DNA of 49,509 bases, filler included, from Circinaria calcarea (lineage: Eukaryota), in assembly GCA_051942165.1 (NCBI GenBank). It is 2 parts of 2 records of this genome, joined end to end, with 100 filler letters (N's around TTAATTAATTAA, not from the genome) between each part and the next. Parts side by side here need not be neighbours in the genome. Positions count along the whole stretch, not along the records: positions 1 to 24,762 come from JAVECS010000102.1; 1 more part is not named here. The stretch is one strand, 5' to 3'. Both the position numbers and the translations under genes were made by a program. Below, piece after piece: positions 1-10,812 of the stretch. Below the pieces are notes generated by a model that saw only the letters and a list, made by a program, of their open reading frames with translations, did no database searches and had not been told where the DNA came from. Each line of letters opens with the position of its first letter. Positions within the stretch are counted from its first letter, which is position 1.

Positions 1-11
1 GGTTTAGGGAC

Positions 12-92
12 GGGAGTGGGAGTGGGAGTGGGAGCGGGAGCGGGAGCAGGAGGAAGCAGGAGGAAGCAGGAGGAAGCAGGAGAAGAAGAGCG
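12..92. repeat. Purine-rich simple repeats: (GGGAGT)n/(GGGAGC)n followed by a 10-nt AGGAAGCAGG unit about 3 times
   Basis: Directly visible tandem units; the 10-nt period argues against a coding role. Confidence 0.8.
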
Positions 93-1452
93 GAGACGGA
101 AAAGTGGTCACGGCGGGAGGATGGGATTCAAGATCGACAGACACCACCCGATCCGTTGTTATCGCTGCGCTCCTTTTCAAACCACGGTTGCACTCCTGCG
201 CATATATGTACCCTCAAAACCCCCCTTTCCATCCACCTCTCCCAACCTCCCAACCTCCCATCCTCCCATCCTCCTCCCATCCCACCATAGTTCCCCTCAC
301 TCCAACTCCAGAGGAACCAGCCTCCCCCAACCCATCACACCCATGTTCTCCTGCGTACCATGCGTGAGCGAAATCAGCGAAATCCAAAAAGACGGGAGAT
401 AAAACCCAAAGTTTATGTAACCCTTTTAGCTCCATAGATTCAGGAAAAAGGAGAGCGGGGGGTTTCGTTTCCCTTTGGGATTTGTGGCTTTTTGGTTTCT
501 TGTTATTCGCGGCGCCCATGCTTTTCTGCTCCTCTTACATCTCGCTCTGCCTTTTCCCTTTCCTTTCCTCTTCCTCTTCCTTTTCGCGCTCCTATCCGCC
601 CCTTCGCCCATCCTCTATCCCTCATCCCTCCCCGAGCCCCTAGCGAACACCGAATCCCCGAACCGAGAAGAAAACATCACCTCCAGGGCCGTCAAGCTCG
701 AAGAAGAGCAGGATCTTCCGAAGCAAGAGAAGGACTACAGCCGTAGAGCCGGAGACGAGGAGGCAAGACATTGAGAAAGACAATGACCCAGTCCACCAAG
801 GACCTCTAGAGTGTTTAGGGGAAGAAACGTCCCCGCTTTCACTACTCTCCAAAGGATATACGGGGGAATGGAGCATACACCGAGATGAGCAAATCAACCA
901 GTGATAGGTCGATTGATTGTGTGGTTAGGATATACCTAGGGAAGGAGGAAGAAGACGAGGTTACTAAATTAAGGGTACCTCGTGTAATGAAGGATCTAGC
1001 GAAATGAGTGGTCCGCATGGATGGTACATTTAAAGAGCCTGGTCTCTGTCAACCATATCTAGCTGATGGGGAATTATTGGATCTTCCTAATGCAGATTTG
1101 GAGTAGGCTGGCAGTTAACAGCTAGCGAGTCACACGAAAACAACACAAAGCTCACGTCACAAACTGTAAAGAACAGTAATCCTGTAGTGAGAGGATGCAG
1201 AAATTTCACTATCTTGTTCTCATCAGAGCGTTACCGCTAATGTTTGTTTAAAAGGAAAGCCAAAGCTTAGATCGTATACGGTAGGAGAGCTGTTAAAGCA
1301 TAAGATATCTGACTAGAGCCAATTACCCTGAAGCCAGTCTTGGCTGTAGCTGTAGATGTGCTCGCTATTCATCCTTGTTGATTCGTCAATGTACTTTAGA
1401 TAAGGAGGATCCGTCCTCTAGACCATATGAATGTGAAGGGTTAGGAAGTCAC

Positions 1453-2340
1453 TTAAGGCTTCTTGGGGTGTATAGCTTTAAGCTCAACCTCGCTAGAGAA
1501 TAGTCAGCTATATTGTACGACCCAATTGACTTATGATAACGCATCGACCGAAGTAGAAAGAAATTGGAAAGAGAACATGTGACGCGACATGCCAGATGGA
1601 TCGAGGGGTATATGCTTGATGAGCTGATGTCACTAATATATTTGAGAGATTCGGCCGCATTTGACAAGATAACGGTGAGATAGAACACTTACAAGACCAG
1701 AGTAGAGTTGGGTGGGATGAGGCCAGGGAAGCCGCTATCAAGATCCCAGTTTAGCGACATATATACATAACGACAACAGATGGCTCATCGGCGATCTAGA
1801 TTGATGGGGTTACACAGACGCCAGCGTGGGGGTGGCTCACCGTTCGGCGTATGCATAGTCCCTAGCAAAATCTTAGGTTAGCTGGGTGGCTCGGACGGTG
1901 AAAGGATTGGCCATAGAGCTGGCCGTCAGACAACATGTGGATTTTGACGTACCCTGTAATGGTCAAAATGCTCTTCTCGCCCAAGCTCATCTCCATCACA
2001 CCTTCGTCCCAACCTTGAGCAGAATTAGCAGGCTTCGGTTTGCCCACCACCACAATGCCCGTCAGGATTCTTGTATACCTCTGATAACCTTTCCTACGCC
2101 GATAGCCGTCTGGAAATCTCCCCGGGATTTGGACGAGTCGAATCTGGCACACCACGGTCAGTATCTCAAGCTACCGCCAACGGAGGATAAGCACACCACG
2201 TACTCCTTGCCTCTGTAATAATTGTTGGGGCCCTCTGACTCATCATAGAGATTGCCGGTGTATTCAATGACGACTTGATCCCCTTGTTTAGGCTTGTCGG
2301 TGCCATTCCCCGGCTTCACCACCGTCCTGGTGACACCCAT
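1453..2340 (-). CDS. FPR1: FKBP12-type peptidyl-prolyl cis-trans isomerase (multi-exon; possible N-terminal extension from ATG 2575)
   Basis: Spliced reading MGVTRTVVKPGNGTDKPKQGDQVVIEYTGNL...FDSSKSRGDFQTAIGVGKVIRG|WDEGVMEMSLGEKSILTITG|DYAYAER|GFPGLIPPNSTLVF|EVELKAIHPKKP*, with GT-AG introns; stop TAA at 1453-1455. Confidence 0.92.
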
Positions 2341-4464
2341 TGTGGTTGGAGAGTGGGATGGAGGAGGTAGCGAAGATGGCTTCTGTCGCTGATAGAGATC
2401 CTTGGCTGAGCGATTCGTTGACCAAAAGGCACGGCGGGTGAGGGTCCGGCGCGTGGTGAAATCTCTAAATTCTCGAGGTGATGGAGGTGAATGTACATCG
2501 AGGACAACGACCGTCTTACCTCCTTAAAGCTTGCAAGAAACGGAAGGGGTCTCTTAGTGTGGTGACTCCGAGCATTCTCCCTTTCCTCCATCAGGTAAGA
2601 GGAGAAGGGATCGGGAGAGGGCATATACTTCCGTCGTGCATGGCTAAGTTTTTGAGTAGCGAATGCCTGATCTGGACCGATCTCTTACCTCCTTGCTGAC
2701 AGTCTGGTCCAGATACGACGAAAGAAGCACGACGCTTGCGCCATTAACCATGCCCGCCGGAGGCTTGACATTCCAGTTGCGGCTGCACCGATGCTTTACA
2801 GCGATGCTGGCCCGACCACCACGATCACATCCGATGTGCAATCTAGTGGTAAAAGCCTATAGCCGAGACAGAGAGGGGAGAGAGGGCAGAGAGGGCAGAG
2901 CGAACCCAGGGTGACGAGGGCCAGGCCATTATTGCTGGCCGGAGGAGCTCGTCGACTTGGGTCTAGTCGGTGGACGCGGCAGTGGGATTGGGCTGGGGGG
3001 TTTAGTGGGATTGCTCTTGACACTTAGTTCTCACGTCCACAATCAATCACTTCCACTACTACTCTCCTTTCTCCGTATCTACTTAGTAATAGAAACGTCG
3101 AAGGGAAAGCCCTGGTAGTGTGGTAACGGCAACGCAGCTAAGGCATGCGAATCACAACGGGAGGGTTATACTTTAATCAACATCCCACATTTCTCTCACC
3201 GACTAAAAAGTTGGATGATGCGAATGGCCTCTCATAGGGCGTTCCCCACTCTCGGGACCCTAATTGACAGCCATTACGAATTTTGAAATATCAATGCGTT
3301 TCATGTGCCAGAGATCTTTGAGGTCGGTGCTCTTTCGGCATGCATGAGAGATTTGGGCGTTCGGGAGGCGAGGGAAGAGGAATCGGGCGTAAGGCGGTAT
3401 CATTGGATTTGGTTGGCGAAGGATTCGCCCTGATCCCAACTGTCGGCCTTGCCCTGCGTTCGTCAAGTCTACATGCAATCGGCAGCAAGATTTCCAATGT
3501 CTCCTCCCAAGCCTCAGGGGGCATTAATAATGCTCGCTGAATTCCACTCAGCAAAGGCGTCGAGCATGGTTGTCCAGACGCTTGTCAAACTGAGGTGGAA
3601 GGGGGCGGGCAGAACACCGGCTACATAGCTAATTCTGTGCCAGTGTCTGTTCGTACAAGACTTTTTAATCCTGTTAAGCCATCACACCAACGATCTTATT
3701 GCGTATCGAGTCATAATTGAAAAAGAAAATAAGGCACCGACAGGGATTTCTGCATCCACCGCCTTCCCGCCCCCGTCCCATGAACCCAGAACCTGGGAAT
3801 CGGCTGACTTCGTGTCCATCCAGTGGCAGAGATCATACCCACTCGGCTCCAGCAGACCTTATCATCTAAACGCCCGTAAGTAATGGCCTGCGAATTAAAT
3901 AAAGTCAAGTAAGCTGTGGGGGGCCTGAGACGTATGCGTCGGTACTATAGCGAATGCACCGAGAGGGCAGCCTGACGCCATCCATTGGTCGACTGTTTTG
4001 TTCGTGTAGTAGGTGGGGCCAAGCGATACACCCCATGTGCCATGAGCTGCTTCGGCACTTTCTCTCAGACCTCCGCAATTGGTTACGGGAAAATGTCAAA
4101 TCCTTCAGGAAGTAGCCCATGGGGCTAAGGCGCGGAAGATGAACAATATCCGGACGCCATGCCAGTAACCAGGGACTCGATCCGGAAAAGCGGGGGAAGA
4201 GGCCTAAGCACAAGTGAAACGTCGTTTCGAATTACGAAAGGTCAATATCGCAGACAGCGGTAGTTGATCGTCAACGGACCGATTCAAAGGGCTGAAGAGG
4301 CGCTTATCGATCGTGGGCTGGCATACATGATAAAAGCCTGCGGCCCCCATATTTTCAACCTCCGCATGCATCCACACCAATAGGCGTATCCACCCACATT
4401 GCCTCTGCAATATAAAGGTTGAGACGTCGTATGAGGAAAGTTACACAAAGATGTTGGCTTGCAA

Positions 4465-5535
4465 TCAGATAGCAGAAGCAGGCTCCTTTCTCTTTCCTTT
4501 TGGGGCGATTCGATCCTGCGTTGCGATCAGGTCCCGAACCTGGACGACTCTGGAAGCGACGCCAGGAAAGCGAGCATCTTGAGTGGTAGATCCCCGCACG
4601 AGAACCAGCAATGTATCGATGCCCACCTCTTCGGCGAATATCAGGACCCTATCGAAGCCATACCCAACCTGGTCGATCCCATGACTGTCGTCCGACAGTG
4701 TGAAGGTACCTCCTCTTTGTAGGAATGCCTAGACGTGGTTAAATGTATTGACCCTAGATGCTTCTGCCAGACGAACCTTGCAGATCTCCGACTTCGGATA
4801 GGGTTCGCTCATGCCTTTCCTCAGAGCTGCCGAATTCAGCTCCAGAATGCCTCCATAGCCAGCTATGTACTCGAGATTCCGTATGATCTTATGCCAGACA
4901 CTCTCCCATCTCTGAAAGCTTCCATCGGGATGGTCGCTCTTGAGGCGAATCAGGTCGAAGTGGCCTACCACCGGTGGCTTCAAGCTCTGCAACATGTCCA
5001 ATTGCGCGTCAAAGTAAGCCTGGAAGATATCCTCGTCCGTCCCCCCGCAAAGTGCTCGAGCTTTTTCATACAGTATACGGTCATAATCAATGGGGACTGC
5101 ATGCACATGATGTACGGAGCCGATGAATAAATCAAATTGGTGTTCAGCTAACAGCCTCTCTATGAACTGCTTCGATGAGGGACGGATCCAATCAATTTCC
5201 AGCCCTACAAAGATATGTAACGATTGTTCATAAGCTCTCTGCAATCTCCTAGCTTCGATATGGTAGGCATCAAAAGTGCTGAACAGCGATTGTGTGGTTT
5301 GACCAGCGTCAATCTGTCAAGAAGAGATACGGAGTAAGGATTCGTTCATCCAAGATGCAACTGCAACATGACGAACCTCTTCGGGATAAAAGTCACGCTC
5401 TTCTCTTGGTATATGCTCTGTAAAGGCCAAAGTGTGTAGGTTTTGTCGAATGGCGGTCTGTACTACTTCCTCCAGCGTATTCCTTGCATGACCTTTGCAG
5501 AATTGCCCGGAATGGCTGTGATGAGAAAAAGGCAT
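4465..5535 (-). CDS. HIS2: Histidinol-phosphatase, PHP family (3 exons)
   Basis: Motifs MPFSHHSHSGQFC, TEH, GLEIDW, GSVHHV, VVGHFDLIRL, ELNSAALRKG and LSDDSH; introns after ...FYPEE and ...EICK; stop TGA at 4465-4467. Confidence 0.93.
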
Positions 5536-7967
5536 GACTGTGCTGGCGTCATTGAACTTCGTCGATGGTCAATATAAGCAACGAGCAGTCGAAAGTAATA
5601 CAAGAATGAAGATGTCTCCGTAGTACCCTGACACTCATGATCGCCCGCCGTTGTTCCTTGGCTCCGGTGGAATGTATACCCAAGGCCGAGCAAATCCTTG
5701 CTTGAGTGTTTCATATCAACTTTCCCGATGTAACAAAGAAACCGCGCCTGGTCTGACGGATATGGTGCCGCAACATATCACTCCAATGCAATCTTCCCGA
5801 TCAATTCGAATAAGGGCATAACAATTGCCTCCGGAGCAATGAAAAGCTATTAAATTGAGATTAGTTGAGACGAATCAACAAGTGTGATCTCTAGTCCAAT
5901 GTCGCAACCTATTACAATTCACTACTTTTTATTACGTTTATATGCTAAGCGTTCGACTACTTCGCTCCCTTTTCCTGCACCCTAACGATGTTTGTAATGC
6001 TCCGGAACCAACATGCTTGCGAACTGTCAAGGTGTTACATGTTGGCATCCCTTCTATCGCTGTTTCTTCTCCATCTAATATCTGACTCTGGCGATCGAGA
6101 CCATATATAGTTTGTTCATCTTCCCCCATTTAGTCGTCTTTGTGATTTACAATATCAGCCTCTTTGTACATCACAACTGAGGAATCGGCTAATCAAACCG
6201 TATCTTTGATCATTGGCTCGCCATATTCTGTCCTGTATTATTGATATCTGTGTGCATTACTACCAAGGTCCAAGTAGTACACCGCCTTTCTCGTCTTCCG
6301 ATTAACGCAGGTCAGACCGTATCCGGCCGGGCACACTAATCGCCGAACTCTCAGGTGCTAACTAACTGGAATGACCTTGCTGACGTTGCTTGATAAGCTC
6401 ATGACTTGGCATTCTGGCTAAATTCCGATGTGTGAGACCCAAGGGTGCAGCGGCCAGAAAGGAGATGTTGAATGTAACGCGTCCGGGCAGTCGCGCCAGC
6501 ATACTTACAAGGTGACAAATGCAAGCAAGACACCAGAGGATGACACTCAGCTTTCCCGTATTGGTCAGAAGGGGAGGATGCCTTGACCTCTCATCATAAC
6601 GGTAAAGAGTCTGGGTTACACGTTACCGCCGAAGACGCAGCCGGGCACCGGATGTTTTGAGAAAGCCTTTCCTCTATCTGACAGAAGCGCTATTAGTTAA
6701 ACCAGAGCATACTACTTGTATCCGTTTCCGTCGGGTGGCTCGAAAATCATAAGTATTCCCTCGATTCGATGCGGCCAATTTATTGCCAAATGTACATGTA
6801 AGAACCTCCACCAAAACTACGAGTTACACTTCGGGCGTTTCGTTTGGTCTCTTATAAAAAGGGTAAGCAGATACTTCGCTATCCGTTAATCGATTGAGAA
6901 ACGAGGGAAGAGCGGAGTAGGCTGAAAGCCACAGCAAATCGATACAGCCGTAAATGGAAATTGCAACGTCCTGGACTCCAAAGACGACGGTCTTTTGCTT
7001 GCCCTCTTTCTGGATGCTGCACCACCGACTTATTGGCCTTCTCTAGTCCGTTCCCAGTAAAGAGGGGAGGGATGTTGGTCGCGTACTTTGTAATCGTCGG
7101 TGAGGGTAACCCTTGTCCTACCATGGTCCTAGGGGAATTAGGGGACGATTATAGACTTGAAATTTGCATATAAAGATCAAAGGCAGTCAAGTCAGTAAAG
7201 TACCTGAGGTCTGCCTCCACTCTCGATATCCTCCTAAGCTGAAATCTTTCCGAGGTATCACGAATCCGACAGAGATAGGGATCTAACTAGACGAGTAGTA
7301 GCGCCGATCCTGGATCGCGTCCCATGTCTTACCATACTCTAGTGCCGGGACGTTTTTGTCGCTTGTTACCATAGGCGAACCAGCAACGGAGATAGCGGAG
7401 AGTCAGATTGACCTCCTGCCATTGCAGGACCTCGGTACCTGATCGTCCTTACTTGCCCCTTCAGACTTAGTAGCAACGGCCAGTGCTTTCCTGATAAGGA
7501 GGAAGCTGCGGCCGTCGCCTTTCGATGGCTACTCTGATGGGCCGGCCATGGTAATGTCGTGAGCCAAAGCTGACCATTTTCTTGCTTCCAAAGGGGAATT
7601 CCGACTCTATCAGAGTCGTGAGGTTAGTATCTGTGAGCTAAGAGCAGACTTATGCATACAGCCTACAGTGCAAACGATGCAAGGGACTTTTCTAGCAGAC
7701 TTATGACAACAACACCATCACCATTGCGGAAGGTACACCACAGACATCCTGCAATCTACATGGAGGATTGCAGCTACAATCCTGCGGCCTCGGCCATACA
7801 GATCCTTATATGATCAGTCCACTTTGTTTCCATGCGTCATTCACGGAAGTGGAGCATGATAACCATGAGCGACGCAGACTACATAACGGAGGGCTCTCCC
7901 TTTGGAAGATTTTGCGTTACCACCTCGAAGTTTATAAAAGTTCAAGGTCCGCGGGGGTAGAATAAAG

Positions 7968-10116
7968 ATGCCGTCCTTCAACTCAGTACTCTGCAGCTTG
8001 GTTGTGGTTGGTTCTTTTGTGCAAGCCGTCACAGCAGGCAATGTTTTCGAGAAATTGCATGGGGGTGTTCCACAGGGCTGGACGTTTGTCAAAACCGCAG
8101 GACCAGGTCAGTGTTGTGCTTCTTTCCGAGGATCTCGTTCTCGCACTCAAAGTGCCTTTGTTATGTCTTGCTTTCGCGACAATTTCGCAACCAATTGTAT
8201 CCTCCACAATTATTGATTATGCATTGCTCTAACGCTTTACACCCTCATCCCTCTCGTTTCGTTTCTCTCCATTACTGATAGATGCGAAGAGGAGCCGATC
8301 AAGCTCCGAGTAGCTCTCCAGCAACAAAACGTTGCTCTCTTCGAACAGACGGTTTATGACGTCTCAACACCAGATCATGCTAAATATGGCCAGCACCTGG
8401 AAGGCCATGAGGTTAAAGCTATGCTACAACCTACCGAGGCGGCGACCAATGCCGTCATTAGCTGGTTGCAAGATTTTAATATAACCGCCATCGAAGACGA
8501 TGGGGATTGGGTCAACTTCAAGACAGACGTAGCTACGGCTGATAAGATGCTAGACACGAGGTTTCAGTGGTTCCGCAGTGACTACAAAGGCCTAGAGCGA
8601 CTTCGAACGCTCCAGTATTCCGTGCCGGATGAGGTTGCCCAGCACATAAATCTTGTTCAGCCCACCACCCGATTCGGTAGTATGAAGGCAATGCGATCGT
8701 TGATCTTGAAAGAGGAGGTTGAGGAAGCAGCTGACGGTCAGAACAAAATGTGGACTGAATCCGCGGCTACCCCGGCTGCTGTCAATATCAGCTGTAACGC
8801 CACTATCACACCTCAGTGTCTCCTTGAACTATACAACATTCACTACAAGGCCGACCCGAACAATGGCAATAAGGTTGGCTTTGCCTCGTTCCTCGAAGAG
8901 TATGCTAGATACTCCGATTTGGCGACATTCGAGGCTCAATTCGCTCCGTATGCTATCGGTCAAAACTTTTCTGTTGTTGAATTTAATGGTGGCCTGAATG
9001 ATCAGGCAAGTGCAGAAGATAGCGGAGAAGCCAATCTTGACCTTGATTATATTGTCGGGCTCAGCTCTCCCGTACCAGTGACGGAATTCAGCACAGGTGG
9101 TAGGGGGTAAGCTTTTATCATTCTGTCGACTAAAAGATAAGTACTGACAACTCCTCAGGCCGCTAGTGCCCGACTTGGACCAGCCCACTCAAGCCGATAA
9201 TGAAAACGAGCCATACCTTGACTACCTTACGGCTATCCTCAAGCTACCAAACTCCGAGCTTCCTCAGACCATTTCACATTCTTACGGCGAGAATGAGCAG
9301 GTATGCTTCTGGCCCCTCGGGAAAATTTGCATGATGAGCTTACTCGTTGACTCCTTTCTTCTCCAGTCTGTCCCTGCTTCATTTGCCAAGCAGGTTTGCA
9401 ACATGTTTGCCCAACTTGGCGCCCGTGGTGTGTCTGTTCTCTTCTCCTCAGGTGACAGCGGTGTTGGCGCTGCATGTCTCTCAAATGATGGATTAAACAC
9501 GACCCAGTTCCAACCCGCATTCCCCGCCGCGTGCCCCTTCCTTACATCCGTAGGTGGTACCAGGTACATCAAACCAGAAGTCGCCATTTACTTTTCCGGA
9601 GGTGGTTTCTCTCGTCTCTTTCCCCGCCCATTCTACCAGGAACTTGCGATAAGGGAATATCTAGCTCAGCTCGGAACCAAGAACGCAGGCTTCTTCAACC
9701 GAAACGGACGTGGCTACCCCGACGTGGCCGCGCAGGCCTACCGTTTCTCCGTTGTTGACAAAGGCCTCGTGAAGCGGTACCAAGGAACTTCTTGCTCGTC
9801 GCCCACCTTTGCCGCTGTCGTCGCGCTTCTCAATTCCGCCCGTCTGTCATCTAAACTCCCTCCTCTAGGCTTCCTCAACCCATGGATCTACACTGTCGGT
9901 CGATTTGGTCTCAACGACATTACCTCCGGTGGGAACACTGGCTGCACAGGGAATTCCTCCTTTGGTCGTTCTCCTAACGGTAGTCCAGTCATTCCTAATG
10001 CAGGGTTCCCTGCGCTCAAGGGGTGGGATGCAGTTACAGGGTACGGGACGCCGGACTTTGGAAAGCTGTTGAAGTTGAGCACACCTTGGGTGAAGAATAA
10101 AGGGGGGCCGGTATGA
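7968..10116 (+). CDS. Secreted sedolisin-family (S53) tripeptidyl peptidase with signal peptide and prodomain (4 exons)
   Basis: Hydrophobic signal peptide, prodomain (VPQGW, YGQHL, RLRTLQYSVP), catalytic motifs EANLD, SSGDSG and GTSCSSP, C-terminal GWDAVTGYGTP; introns at about 8107-8288, 9107-9158 and 9301-9366. Confidence 0.92.
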
Positions 10117-10812
10117 GTGAGCAGATAGTGAAGATGGGATGTACGTTGATAGCCTGTCCTCGGTTGGATAGAGTAATAAAATTTGTGTATTCCGTAAAAG
10201 TTCTTGGGTCGCAACCGCACACGCTGCGAAGATCCAACGCACTCCTTTGCTGTTCTTCATTTGAGACTCCAGCCGTCTCATTAGGGCAACGCACGTCGAG
10301 ACGCAAATCGCAAACCGCAAACCCCCCCCCCCACAAGTCAGTGACTTAGTGGACTCAAGTAAATTGCGATGGGACTACTTGCCAGATCCGTTTTGTACCT
10401 ACAACCTAAAGGCACAGAGAGCCACGGGGATGTGATAATGACAATTGAGAGCTTATTTGAGGTTGGAGTTATTCGAGTTTACATATTTGTTGGGATTCCA
10501 TGTGCCTCGCTCGTGCTGTAGTTTTTTTGCTGTTTCGCGCCTTGCAAGATCGCCCAAGATGGACTGGTGGCTGCTGCAGCTTGGTGGCTTACTTATGTAG
10601 AGACCCTTGGGCTCGCAACTCCTCGAGTGATTGGGGTGCGACATTCTCTCTCGGAGAAGTAGAAGTAGAGGTGGGTGCTGGTCCATGCATTAACAGTCTA
10701 ATAGTCTCCAAGCTGCACTTGAGATGTAGGGTATACAAGCCTTGTTTCTTCTAGCGCTGATACTTAATTTAGGATGTATACAATGGCATAAGTCGTGCCC
10801 AAGTCCTACACG

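Noticed and set aside
1..9. GGTTTAGGG resembling a telomeric repeat
   Set aside because: Single unit only, no tandem array.
16..897. Overlapping ORFs of 60-130 aa on both strands
   Set aside because: They arise from low-complexity purine/pyrimidine tracts; no coherent gene model or family motif.
1449..1688. 79-aa ORF suggesting an alternative FKBP last exon
   Set aside because: Lies within the last intron; the downstream acceptor with a GCTGAC branch site gives the canonical FEVELK ending.
3260..4410. Several short ORFs between FKBP and HIS2
   Set aside because: No motifs, mostly non-ATG starts and no consistent splice model.
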